From a virus (Duplodnaviria > Caudoviricetes), in the IMG/VR virus record IMGVR_UViG_3300027757_000008, positions 1 to 53,394 of that record: a DNA stretch of 53,394 nt. One strand, given 5' to 3'. The translations under genes and the position numbers were made by a program. Shown here in pieces: positions 20,001 to 29,316 of this stretch (the first letter of the stretch is position 1; every line of letters begins with the position of its first letter). The notes below the pieces were generated by a model. That model was not told the DNA's origin, made no database searches, and saw only the letters and a list, made by a program, of their open reading frames with translations.

Positions 20001-22234
20001 GTTTGATGTGCGCCAGTAATGGTTGGGCTGGCTGTTGTACCAGATACAGAGCCTCTAATTACTATAAAGTGGTTATTGTTATCATAACCTTTATATTGTG
20101 TATATCCTGTTGCGCTATAATTACTTGCAACATAATAAGTTCCCCTAACAGAACCTGCAACATTTAATGATATTCCCGTTGATGCAGGGTCTAAATAAAA
20201 CGCAGTATCGGCAGAGTCGTAGAAGATTGGGGCACGCATAGAATCGTTTGCTTGCCACACTCCATTATTTAAAATCCAACCAGAAGTATATGCCGCTCCA
20301 AAGTCTGAGCCACCATTACCTCTTCTAAATACCCAACCTCTTCCTGGAGTATCCATTGTAAAGTAGGTGTTGTACCCATCTCCGCTTCCAGTTGGATTAG
20401 TGAAATACCCACCATTTGATTTAAATCCAATAGCCGAAGTAGTTGTATTGCCCCCATCCCAAAAGAAAATCTGATTGCTTGTGTCGGTTGAACTTTGGTC
20501 TCCACGGATAGCAACACCGTAAACACTACTCATTCCGTTTGGGTCTACGTAGTATGTAGTATTATCAGAGTCGTAGAAGATAGGGGCACGAAAATCAGAA
20601 GTAGCGAAGGCGGTTCCATAAACGTGTAATTTATGTGAAGAAGCTGTTCCTCCTATACTAACATTACCAGCATCAGTGGCTAACTGTGTGGTTCTGTATG
20701 TTCTAAGAGATGGGTTATTGTCATCAAGTCCAGACGCAATCTTCAATGCGTTATACCATCCATCTACCCACTGAACTTGAACGTATAATGGCACACCATT
20801 TCCATCGTCCTGAGAGTACATACGTGCACCCCAGTATTCAAGGTTATTGTAGTAAGAGCCATTTTGGAATCTAATCTCGCCAAGTATTCTAGTACTAACT
20901 AGTCTTGAAGTAGAGTTTGGGTCTACGTAGTAATATGTATCATTAGAGTCATAGAAGATTGGAGACCTCATTGACACATTCGCAAACAAATTGTTGTTTA
21001 CGACAACATCAGTCTGATTTGCTGTACCAACATAACCGCCAATCGTCATCAATAATGTTTCACCAACGTCCCCATTTCCATCATTATTGGCATCTGTTGT
21101 TGGTGAATTATTGTAAAAACGAATGCCTGAATAGGACGCTCCTATTCTAACACCAGTATGATATCCTATAATTAAATCCCTATAATGTGGACCGTTCCAA
21201 CCTCCATCACCAGAGTCTAGACCCATAGAGTAATGATTTGCACCAAAACTATGACCACCACCATATCCAGAAGGGAAGTTAGTTTTTAGGTCACTGAAAA
21301 CTATTTGAGATGTAGTTGCTGAGTTACCAGCACTGCTTGCATAACTTACAGACTGACTACCGATGTTGCTTGTGGTAATAGCAGTAGAGGCGTTTTGTTT
21401 TGCATCAAGAAGTGTAGAGATATTAGCATCTGCCCAAGACATCCAAATGTTTCCATCTGTTGGAATAAAGAATCTGCGACTCCAAGAGTTATCATCAACT
21501 GTTGTTCCATAATAGAAACTAATATTATTATCATTATGAATTAGCCATTTTGAGTCGTGAGTCGTACTTCTTAATGCAATGGATGGATATGTTCCACGAA
21601 TAGTAAGTTGTTCTGCACCATAATTTCCACCGGCCCAATCATATGAAACTTTTGTGTATCCATTTAAATATGCTATACCATTAACGTGAGTAGCACCATA
21701 GGTTCTGATTGGCTGATTGGTGTAGTAGTTAAGGTAAATGTCATTACCATTATAAGAGTCAATATGAAGGTTTCCTCCAAGAGCAATTCGGCCATTACCA
21801 TTGGCTGCCCAAATATTAGTATCTGCTGTAATATCGCCAGCAGACCTAATTCCACCCGTTCCAAAACGAGTTGTGCCACCATTCCAGTTGATGTACATAG
21901 CGGTAGCACTGTCGTTATAGTACGCATTAAACTGGTCACCGCCTGTAATACGGATGTTGTAGCCATTGTCAGCAGTGTATGTCCTAAAGATGGCAGCAGT
22001 GCTATTGAACTGCGCTCTCTTTATACCACTCGTAGAAATGAAGAAGTTGTTATCTCCATTAACGTACATAACAATATTTGCTGCACTACCGCCAAAAGCC
22101 CAGTCCTCAAGTCCTAATCCTCCACGAAATGTTGAACCGTCATAAAAACGAAAGGCACCGCTATTAACTGCTGTGTCGGTATATCCAGACACATATAAAT
22201 TACCCGATACGTTAGTGCTTAAAAGATTAGCCAT
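17048..22234 (-). CDS. Modular tail fibre with C-terminal intramolecular chaperone (peptidase S74), 1728 aa
   Basis: C-terminal SDARIKTNV...LRGVTY...GVIAQE...PEVV...Y..L..VLIEAIKEQ; eight RAPIFYDS-like repeats; VGIGT.SP repeats; possible CBM-like insert (YEFSVWVRS). Confidence 0.9.
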   Translation of the reverse strand: MANLLSTNVSGNLYVSGYTDTAVNSGAFRFYDGSTFRGGLGLEDWAFGGSAANIVMYVNGDNNFFISTSGIKRAQFNSTAAIFRTYTADNGYNIRITGGDQFNAYYNDSATAMYINWNGGTTRFGTGGIRSAGDITADTNIWAANGNGRIALGGNLHIDSYNGNDIYLNYYTNQPIRTYGATHVNGIAYLNGYTKVSYDWAGGNYGAEQLTIRGTYPSIALRSTTHDSKWLIHNDNNISFYYGTTVDDNSWSRRFFIPTDGNIWMSWADANISTLLDAKQNASTAITTSNIGSQSVSYASSAGNSATTSQIVFSDLKTNFPSGYGGGHSFGANHYSMGLDSGDGGWNGPHYRDLIIGYHTGVRIGASYSGIRFYNNSPTTDANNDGNGDVGETLLMTIGGYVGTANQTDVVVNNNLFANVSMRSPIFYDSNDTYYYVDPNSTSRLVSTRILGEIRFQNGSYYNNLEYWGARMYSQDDGNGVPLYVQVQWVDGWYNALKIASGLDDNNPSLRTYRTTQLATDAGNVSIGGTASSHKLHVYGTAFATSDFRAPIFYDSDNTTYYVDPNGMSSVYGVAIRGDQSSTDTSNQIFFWDGGNTTTSAIGFKSNGGYFTNPTGSGDGYNTYFTMDTPGRGWVFRRGNGGSDFGAAYTSGWILNNGVWQANDSMRAPIFYDSADTAFYLDPASTGISLNVAGSVRGTYYVASNYSATGYTQYKGYDNNNHFIVIRGSVSGTTASPTITGAHQTTFVEYAESNDSTGWFFKTAGTGNYDIVGRITRSYSQFEGSLRAPIFYDSDDTSYYVNPNGTSRLNDVNAPQGYVSIGNPWGTANSAYFPNGITTAGNDNWIYGHTYIGNAPSNGNGHEFFMNGNSHSSGTVTIGGSVGIGTNSPNKQLTFASVNDDAIQIRRLTTSEGNTDVGTGISWTWTSSGTDNETWAALRVIMPGSGNSHMTFSTKASGGSVSEKMRITDAGNVGIGTTNPSEKLHVEGGLRVSGNIINSGATYLGIIYDYDDNGYYLNPSATSRLYHLEVWNNFDTATNDVYANMRVIRNNSYTDGMYIGYNNAGNGITRLFGGTDNAPLEKHPSYTYEPGSFRAPIFYDSADTGYYGDFAGYSRMSEIGVTNHYTYNYHEVISSRANSTFGHVALFRSTQSATSNYIPFSFESSHGDHSWGQVARFHIGTSNGADRPSIQFSTGHSNTRWNIGYCSADDNFRIVQDMGYRPDMSGNYDNWGTERFKIDTAGNVWAPASLRTSILYDAADATYYLDPNSKSRLYTVYPRNLGGATLNHRMTDMGVNGSGSYEEIEFIDGSVVHAHVSTGTGANNGCYNWFGTEYVDVDPEKDYEFSVWVRSTGDDHVYMGWHEQDSNGATITSNPYFHSDKTNTGGTWVKLTARLKNWRTLSNQGPTEFDRWATAQSFLNNVPGAAACQDGVMHENTRFIHMRCGTCYGSVSGSKTYFYAPRIREITYDEVQNHFVVPYYNGSSWGGKLRFGYNDWGYYGIGMYGAAGEFRMSSDIGDLNLRVDGFIQAHSDMRAPIFYDSDDTNYYCDPNSQSKFRKLWIDNGGASGVAWSSGLNMGDGTNYWNLIQDAGIARQRNFGTGGYDWYNNTASTQLMILSNAGNLTVSGDVTAYSDARIKTNVQTIENALDKTLKLRGVTYNRTDSEDTSTKVGVIAQEILEVIPEVVKQNDEGMYSVSYGNLTAVLIEAIKEQQKQINELKEIINGLTK

Positions 22235-22235
22235 A

Positions 22236-25200
22236 TTATTTGTTCTCTAATTTTTGGATTCTATCGGACAACTCCTTAACCGTTTGCAAAAGTAAGACTG
22301 ATAGTCTCGTGTAGTTCAGCGATTCCGCCTCTCCTTCTTCGTTATAATGTACAACCTCTGGGAAAAGTTCGGCCACCTCTTCGGCAATCAAACCTATCTC
22401 TTGTACGTCTGTTCCTATCTTGTTGTATCGTACCGGGCGCAACTTGCTAACCTTGTCTCCTACAGGCTCAAGGTCAACGATGTTCTCCTTAACACGGATA
22501 GAAGATGTCTCAAGTAATTGCCCTTGAATCTCTACATCGTATTGGAATGTTACGCTTGATGCTGCAACAATCTGTGGGTCTGTGTTAGAGGTAACCCAGT
22601 AGTTAGCGGTAGCGTGGTTACCCCAACCGTAGGCTGTGTCCCAGTTAGACTTGTTGTAGCCAGAGGCAGAGAAACCGCCACTAACAGACAGGTCTCCAGT
22701 AATAGTATGATTACCACTTGAATTGATGTAGTACTTCATACCAGAGCCAGTACCATCATTCTTGTAGATATAGAACTCGTCTTGTCTACCTACTACCTCC
22801 CACTTGTTTGCTGCTGCTGCATCTTGGAACTGAATAATGTTTCCAGTCCCTCTCAAGTACATTACACGGCTTGATGCGTCATTAGTGAAGATTGCGTGAG
22901 CAGCATTTACTTGGCCAATATTTGTGATATTGTTGCCGTTCATATTTATGCTGCCAGACATTGTACTGCCAGTCAGCGGAAGGTAAGACGTTGGATTAAA
23001 GTTTCCATCGTGCCAAACCTTTCTCCAAGGATAGAATCCGTCAGCCTCTGGCCCGTATCCCCAACCTCTAAACCAAAGTTCATCGTTGCTATATCCTCCG
23101 TATATCTGGAGGGCAGTATCAATACCTTTCGCTACAATCAGTTGACCGTAGTGTCCGGGAGCATTTGGAGGAGTTCCTTCTGCGTTATAGAATCCGGATG
23201 CAAGTATTGTATTGAAGTCGGTAGAGTATCTCGTTCCGTCTTGTCTTGTTGCAAAAACAGATGCTTGAAGTCCATCAACAGTATCAGCATCAAGTCCAGA
23301 ACCAGAACCATCGTTGCCAGAATGCCAAACTTTATCGCTATTCCAATAAAGAATACCGTCAGTACGCATCTCAAGGAACTTACCAACATTACCGCTAATG
23401 TGAAATGCGATACCTGTAGTGGTTCCATTATATGATTCAGTCCATAGGGCAGCGGTCGTGTAATCACCATTAGTCTGTGCTTTTCTTGCTTGGATATTTG
23501 CATATCCATAAATGCCTCCGTAGTTAATAAACTGACCGTCATTTCTTAATATACCCGGAGTGTATACGCCAGAAGTGTAGTGACCGCTGTTGTTTAAACG
23601 TAACCAACTGTCGTTGTTACCATCTAAAGCATTAGAACTCCCAAATAATAGTTTACCATTATACAGACTCAAATCTGTAGTTGAGCCATCACGACCTATG
23701 TATATAGGGAGTGCTTCGTTGGGGAAAATATTTAGTCCACCGTTCCAAGAGTAGAATGACCAAGTGGCGCCATTAGTGTCACTTCTTCTTATTGATAGTT
23801 GAGATGAGTCGCTTACTATATCTAATTTAGCCCCAGGACTTGCAGTGCCAATACCTACGTAGCCTGTGCTTCCTGCAATTCTCACACTCTCAAAGTATGA
23901 TGAACCGTTATGAGACCAGAAACTAATACCTTGGTCTGAACCACCTGCACCAGATACAATGCCAAGACCTACACCGCTCTGGTGGAATATACCATAATCT
24001 ACCGTAGGCACACTTCCAGCAACGCCAATTTTTATACTTTCTCCGTGGAAGGAAGGCGCTCTAAAACTTGTAGGAGCATATACATATCCAGACTCGCCAT
24101 AGTAAATCTGAAGTGCTCCGTAGCCACCGCCACCATTATTGGAGTGCGTTGTAAAATTATACGCTAAACCATTTGTTCCCTGAACTGATTGCCAAGCCCT
24201 AGAGAAGAAATTCATTGTTGTATAATCGTTCGTTTGGAAATGAGAACCGTAGTTCGTTATTCCATCTGGAACAGTCCAACCTGCATTAAGACCAACCTGT
24301 GTAGATGTATTAGCGCCTCTTCCAGTAACCGTTGCAAGTGTATCGCTCTCACCGGTGATGAAACCATAAGCCTCTACATCCGCAATAGATGCCATTTGAG
24401 CAAAGTCAACGCTGTTGCCATTAGTAATAGACAGCGTCTTTTCACCTTGGTTCCAAGTCAACTCTTGTGAGTCTGTCTCTGAAGTAAGGTATCCTTGTGC
24501 TGCTACCCAAGTGCGAGTGGCAAGAATGTCACCATTCCAAGTAGCGTTACCAGTGGTTGAAAGTCTGACTTCCGTTCCACCAGAGCCTTGAACATTGAAA
24601 ATTGCATCATTAACGTGAAGTCCACCAATTTGAACACCACTTTTATATGCAGACAATGCCCAAATCCCCTCTGCTGCGTTTACTGCAAGTTTCTCATTAG
24701 ATGCTGCATACTGACCAATTCCAAAACCGTATGTATTAACTGTAGCAACAGTTGAATAGTTTGCTTGTAGGAGGGTGTAGTTGTATCCTTCACCAATCTG
24801 TAGTTGGTCTGAGTTGCCCTCTAACGCTCTGCGCTGAACATTATTGTTATCAAAGTAGATTCTGTTATTGCCACCTGTTAGAGTTATGCCATAACCGTTA
24901 CCGTCTATTATATAATTGTTATGATGATAATGCGTTCCATATGAATGGATTAAACCACCATCGTTACCATAGTTTAAGTAAAGTGTATTTCCATTTATTA
25001 AACCAAGCACAAAGTGCGTACTGTTACCTCTAAAGTATGTTCCAGTTCCGTGGCTATTGTTACTATTAGAGATAGCAAGGTCAAGACCGGGGAAGTATGT
25101 GTAATCAGAACCAAAACGGATGCTATGGCTTGTGTAATTCGTTCCGATGTACATATAGGAAAGGGAGTTTCCATTTACTCCATATGCCCCAAGACTCTTA

Positions 25201-27317
25201 AATACAGTTCCAGAACCATTAGCGAAGGAGAAGCCATTTCTATCCCAATCTCCCCAGTTTGTATCAGTGCGATACACAAAACCACCTCCGGTTGTTTGCT
25301 CTACGGAAATAGTATTAGAGGTTAAAGAACCTCTGTTTGTAACAGTGTGTAGCGTATCACTCTCTCCCGTTATGAATCCGTAAGCCTCTACATCTTGGAC
25401 AGAAGCCATCTGACTCAAGTCAACGGTGTTCCCGTTGCTGATAGTCAATAGTTTCTCTCCCTGATTCCACTCAAGGGTTTGGGAGTCTGTCTCCGAAGTA
25501 ATGTAGCCTTGTGCTGCTACCCACGATTGAGTGGCAACATCAGCACCACTAATACGCAGATATCCATTATGGTCAAAGCCTCCGTGACCAACAGTGACAA
25601 GAGTATTAATATCATTTCCAGCCTTGTGCTGAATTGCGTTAGACGTTAGGTCATCAAAGAGTAATGAACCAGTGGTCTTTAGAACTCCGTTTACAAGTAA
25701 GTTATCGTTTACTGTTACATCACCACCATCGTTACTAATACCACCTCTTGCAATGATGTGGTCGTCAAAGTAGACATTGCTATATCCAAAGAAATGCAAG
25801 TACCCACCGGCAACACTTCGTATAGAGTTTGCTCCAGTTCCGCCATTGAAAAATATTCCGTTTCCTCCAATTGTAACTCCGTTGCTTAATATTGCGTCTT
25901 CACCGTAAAAGTTTGATGCAACTACATTAGAGTTGTATACAATATGCTCTGAAGGAATCTCTGTTCCTGCGGTTTGAGATGTGTCGTAAAGAGTCCATCC
26001 ACCGCCTTCTTGAAGTTCCCATCTTCCGCCATCCCAAGTGGTTCTGTAGTATTGCAACTCGTATTCACGGACACCATCCTCTTGTCTTGTGAGAACTACA
26101 CGGACCTTATCTCCAAATCCAGTTTTATTGGTAGATGTAGTTACTATGTTTACACGGAGAGTGTGCGATTCATTATTACTCAAGAAGTCACATTCAGCAC
26201 GAGCCGTAATGTGAATCTTATATGCTGTATTTAAGTAATAACTTAAATCACGGTACTCACCAAACAAATTCATTGATTGGCAGTTTCCATTAAGAACAAC
26301 CTTTGCAATCTTATACCAAGCCTCTGGGTCTGGATAAGCGTATGAATGGGAACCTTGAGTGTGGTTAAGAACCCTCCCTATGTATAATCCTGAGTGGTTA
26401 CCCCAACCATAAGCAGTATCCCAGTTAGATGCATTGTTCGTGGTCGTGTACCAAGAGGAGGCTGTGTAGATGGGGTCGGTCTCCGTGTACGTAGTGAGGT
26501 ATCCAGCCTCAGAGTGGTCACCCCAACCAAAAGCGGTATTCCAATTTGTTATATCAGCAGTCCTGACACTGTAAACATCAGAAGCAGCGAATACAGGGTC
26601 TGTCTCAGTGTAAGATGTAAGATACCCTTGCTGACCTACCCAAGTCTCCGTAGCGTAGCCCGTAAGGTCTGTAGTGACCACCTGCCACGTACCATCACCA
26701 CGTAAGAACTTACCGCCATCATCAAAACCCGAGGCTGGGACGAATCCATTCTCTCCGGCAACGATGACCTCTTCTCCGTTTACAATACCTGAAGTGGCCT
26801 GCGTAAAGACGCTATGCGTGTGAATTAAATTAGCATACAGCCCAGCGTGGTTACCCCATCCGTAAGCCGTATCCCAATTGCTAGCGTTGTTTGTAGTAGT
26901 ATACCAAGAAGATGCGGTATAGATAGGGTCGGTCTCTGTGTAAGATGTTAGAAAGTTAGGTGCCCAGTTGACCCAATTAGAGCCGTTCCAACTAAGCAGA
27001 TTCCCAACAGCGACAGAATTAATAGATACATCACCAAGTGCGTTAATAGATGACGCCGGAGTAAGGTAGTTTGGTGTCTTGTTGTACCAAATGTTAACAC
27101 CTGGGGTTCCTCCGACCGGCTGTCCGTAAACAAGAATTTGGTCAGCGGATGGACTTGTAATAACTACATCCGTGAGAGAATCTAGGTTGCCAGCAGATAC
27201 GCTACTCACATAGTCTGTCCCCTCAACTGCCTTAACTATTTTTCCGTCTGAATCAACTTTTAAGATTCCAGATGAAATCGTAGTTAATACAACGTCGCTT
27301 AAAAACTTTTGAGACAT
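22236..27317 (-). CDS. Modular tail fibre with C-terminal S74 chaperone, 1693 aa
   Basis: SSIRVKENI...LRPVRY...IGLIAEEVAELFPEVV...LNY; NWDTAYGWGNH and YTETDP repeats; WHSGNDGSGSGLDAD.VDG fibre motif. Confidence 0.9.
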   Translation of the reverse strand: MSQKFLSDVVLTTISSGILKVDSDGKIVKAVEGTDYVSSVSAGNLDSLTDVVITSPSADQILVYGQPVGGTPGVNIWYNKTPNYLTPASSINALGDVSINSVAVGNLLSWNGSNWVNWAPNFLTSYTETDPIYTASSWYTTTNNASNWDTAYGWGNHAGLYANLIHTHSVFTQATSGIVNGEEVIVAGENGFVPASGFDDGGKFLRGDGTWQVVTTDLTGYATETWVGQQGYLTSYTETDPVFAASDVYSVRTADITNWNTAFGWGDHSEAGYLTTYTETDPIYTASSWYTTTNNASNWDTAYGWGNHSGLYIGRVLNHTQGSHSYAYPDPEAWYKIAKVVLNGNCQSMNLFGEYRDLSYYLNTAYKIHITARAECDFLSNNESHTLRVNIVTTSTNKTGFGDKVRVVLTRQEDGVREYELQYYRTTWDGGRWELQEGGGWTLYDTSQTAGTEIPSEHIVYNSNVVASNFYGEDAILSNGVTIGGNGIFFNGGTGANSIRSVAGGYLHFFGYSNVYFDDHIIARGGISNDGGDVTVNDNLLVNGVLKTTGSLLFDDLTSNAIQHKAGNDINTLVTVGHGGFDHNGYLRISGADVATQSWVAAQGYITSETDSQTLEWNQGEKLLTISNGNTVDLSQMASVQDVEAYGFITGESDTLHTVTNRGSLTSNTISVEQTTGGGFVYRTDTNWGDWDRNGFSFANGSGTVFKSLGAYGVNGNSLSYMYIGTNYTSHSIRFGSDYTYFPGLDLAISNSNNSHGTGTYFRGNSTHFVLGLINGNTLYLNYGNDGGLIHSYGTHYHHNNYIIDGNGYGITLTGGNNRIYFDNNNVQRRALEGNSDQLQIGEGYNYTLLQANYSTVATVNTYGFGIGQYAASNEKLAVNAAEGIWALSAYKSGVQIGGLHVNDAIFNVQGSGGTEVRLSTTGNATWNGDILATRTWVAAQGYLTSETDSQELTWNQGEKTLSITNGNSVDFAQMASIADVEAYGFITGESDTLATVTGRGANTSTQVGLNAGWTVPDGITNYGSHFQTNDYTTMNFFSRAWQSVQGTNGLAYNFTTHSNNGGGGYGALQIYYGESGYVYAPTSFRAPSFHGESIKIGVAGSVPTVDYGIFHQSGVGLGIVSGAGGSDQGISFWSHNGSSYFESVRIAGSTGYVGIGTASPGAKLDIVSDSSQLSIRRSDTNGATWSFYSWNGGLNIFPNEALPIYIGRDGSTTDLSLYNGKLLFGSSNALDGNNDSWLRLNNSGHYTSGVYTPGILRNDGQFINYGGIYGYANIQARKAQTNGDYTTAALWTESYNGTTTGIAFHISGNVGKFLEMRTDGILYWNSDKVWHSGNDGSGSGLDADTVDGLQASVFATRQDGTRYSTDFNTILASGFYNAEGTPPNAPGHYGQLIVAKGIDTALQIYGGYSNDELWFRGWGYGPEADGFYPWRKVWHDGNFNPTSYLPLTGSTMSGSINMNGNNITNIGQVNAAHAIFTNDASSRVMYLRGTGNIIQFQDAAAANKWEVVGRQDEFYIYKNDGTGSGMKYYINSSGNHTITGDLSVSGGFSASGYNKSNWDTAYGWGNHATANYWVTSNTDPQIVAASSVTFQYDVEIQGQLLETSSIRVKENIVDLEPVGDKVSKLRPVRYNKIGTDVQEIGLIAEEVAELFPEVVHYNEEGEAESLNYTRLSVLLLQTVKELSDRIQKLENK

Positions 27318-27340
27318 ATCTTCTATAGTATACTGATTGA

Positions 27341-27388
27341 CAAAGATACTAAAAAAAAAGGGGGTCTAGCGACAAGCCAGCCCCCCTT
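27341..27388 (-). terminator. Terminator fused to -7 promoter (TATCTTTG)
   Basis: Minus strand: GGGGGG...CCCCCC hairpin, T9, AG, TATCTTTG. Confidence 0.7.
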
Positions 27389-27407
27389 GGTGTTGGTTTT
27401 AGTTATA

Positions 27408-28598
27408 TCAAGGCGATTGAGTCAATCCCTCGTAAACGAGGCTATCTCCGTTTAACTTAGCGGCAGAAAGAATCACGATATAATCTCCCTCTGATACGAT
27501 GTTCGCAAAAGACACAGTTACGGTGCTTGTAGTTGGGCGAGCCATATCTACCATAACCGTTTCGAACGTGGTTGAGTCAACAACCTCCATCATAATGCGC
27601 TGAGTGTTGTAATCGTGAGTAACGGTGTATACGTTACCAGTCTTACTAACAGAGTCTTGAGTTGAGTCAAGGGTAAACCACTTTGGTGCTCCCATAAGGT
27701 CAGCAACGGCGTTAACGCTTGCCTTCTTAATGATTCCGGTCTCTCCCGTTGCATTCTCATACATATAGAAGAAGTCATCACCGGCTGGGGTCATCGTATC
27801 TACCGTTCCTACGTGAAGTTTCTGGTCGACTGTAGAGAAGTAGTCATTGGTCTCATTCCAGATAAAGGATACGTTTGCGTCTGTTCCGCGCTCTACTTCG
27901 AAGCCAGCGTCTTGAGTTGCTGCCCCCGTCTCGTCGGAATTCAACTTGATGATAGAATCACCAATGTTTACCTCATTAGAGTTTACGCTAGTGGTAGTAC
28001 CATTTACAGTAAGGTTACCAGCAATAACAACCTCAGCACCACCAAATGTGATTGTCTCGTTACTGCTTACGTCTACAGTGCGTGTGATGTTTGGTTGCTC
28101 GAGTTGGTTAGCACCCCACATCAACAACTTGTACTGCGTCAAGTTGCCAGAGTTGGTCAACTCAATGCTGTCAGTATTTACAGTAATACCAGTGCCTGCG
28201 CCGACAGCAAACGTACGAGAAGTGGTAATGTCACCGCCACCAGTCAAACCAGCACCCGCTGTGAGGGTGATGGTATCGTGCGCTACGTTTCTAGTGTGAA
28301 GTGTATCAAGGGCAACCGCATCGGCAGCAACGGTAATACCTGTCCCAGCACCTACGTTAAGCGTTACCGAACCACTGCCACCGCCTCCTGTAAGACCGTC
28401 GCCAGCGACTACTTCTTGTACATCTCCCTTGGTATCTACCCAGGCTGTTCCGTTGTAGAAGTATAACGTATTGTCGCTGGTGTTATAGTAGATTTGACCA
28501 GCAACAGGAGATGATGGAGCGCTAGCCAGGTTGTGTACCCGTGCATTCTGGATTTCCAGTTTGCCAAGGTTGATGGGTGATAGATAAGTAATAGCCAT
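27408..28598 (-). CDS. Tail/fibre structural protein, 396 aa
   Basis: APSSPVAGQIYYNT, AGDGLTGGG repeats, GNLTVNGTTT.VN...D.II.LN...AGFEVERG, C-terminal TVTH...V..D...T.TV.F domain. Confidence 0.7.
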   Translation of the reverse strand: MAITYLSPINLGKLEIQNARVHNLASAPSSPVAGQIYYNTSDNTLYFYNGTAWVDTKGDVQEVVAGDGLTGGGGSGSVTLNVGAGTGITVAADAVALDTLHTRNVAHDTITLTAGAGLTGGGDITTSRTFAVGAGTGITVNTDSIELTNSGNLTQYKLLMWGANQLEQPNITRTVDVSSNETITFGGAEVVIAGNLTVNGTTTSVNSNEVNIGDSIIKLNSDETGAATQDAGFEVERGTDANVSFIWNETNDYFSTVDQKLHVGTVDTMTPAGDDFFYMYENATGETGIIKKASVNAVADLMGAPKWFTLDSTQDSVSKTGNVYTVTHDYNTQRIMMEVVDSTTFETVMVDMARPTTSTVTVSFANIVSEGDYIVILSAAKLNGDSLVYEGLTQSP

Positions 28599-28603
28599 CG
28601 TTA

Positions 28604-28930
28604 TTAGTTAAAGTATGCTTTACCGCTAAAGGCTCCAGCAAATGTTAAACGTACAGAGTTGAGATTAATGTATTCTATTTCGCCAACAACCACTGACTCA
28701 CCGGAGTCAACAACTGTTACCGAAGGTTTTTTACCAAGATTGTGTTGCACTTCCCAGATTGATTCTGGGGTGTCTTGACTAAAAGTAAAGTGCGAGTCAC
28801 CTTTTCCGCCCTGAATTCCCGCAATAGAGATTGAGGTCTTAGGTTGAGCAACAGCAGAGATTCCACTGGCTGTACGATTCTGTACGCCAATGTTTACTTG
28901 TTCTCCGGTTTGTATACTTATATTGCTCAT
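28604..28930 (-). CDS. Small tail structural protein, 108 aa
   Basis: W.VQHNLGKKPSVTVVDS...G.I.Y...N...LTF..AFSGKAYFN motif. Confidence 0.65.
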   Translation of the reverse strand: MSNISIQTGEQVNIGVQNRTASGISAVAQPKTSISIAGIQGGKGDSHFTFSQDTPESIWEVQHNLGKKPSVTVVDSGESVVVGEIEYINLNSVRLTFAGAFSGKAYFN

Positions 28931-29298
28931 ACTTGTGAAATGTCCTCGTTTATTTTGAAGATTCCGTAAATCCAGGTCTTTACAACAAGGCCGTTTTTAC
29001 TTTGAAGGTCGTATACATAAACGCCAGCCTCTTTTGTTTCCATAACGTCATATTGCGCTGTTACGGTAACAACATTGCCTGGGTCAATTTCGTATGAGAA
29101 TTCGTCAAATGAAATAACATCATCAACAGACGTATCAGTCTCTTTTACGGCCATCTTAAAGAAGTGCGTATCAACAGGCATATCGTCGCCATTATCATCT
29201 GTAAACGTCAGTGATATGGTAAACGTGTCACCCTTTCGACAGGTGATATCAACACGCTTTGCTGTGTCTAGATTGATAGTACTAACTGGTGCGGCCAT
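28927..29298 (-). CDS. BppU-N-like tail/baseplate adaptor protein, 123 aa
   Basis: KGDTF.I.L.F...G.YVYDLQ...T..YG.F.I.EDI pattern. Confidence 0.6.
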   Translation of the reverse strand: MAAPVSTINLDTAKRVDITCRKGDTFTISLTFTDDNGDDMPVDTHFFKMAVKETDTSVDDVISFDEFSYEIDPGNVVTVTAQYDVMETKEAGVYVYDLQSKNGLVVKTWIYGIFKINEDISQV

Positions 29299-29302
29299 AG
29301 TG

Positions 29303-29310
29303 CAAAGGTA
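29303..29310 (-). promoter_or_regulatory. Bacteroidota -7 element 4 nt before ATG
   Basis: Minus strand reads TACCTTTG-CACT-ATG. Confidence 0.65.
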
Positions 29311-29316
29311 TTAATT

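Noticed and set aside
17048-27317. Diversity-generating retroelement or invertase shufflon acting on the fibres
   Set aside because: No reverse transcriptase or recombinase in the window; repeats are direct, in-frame and not adenine-specific in their differences
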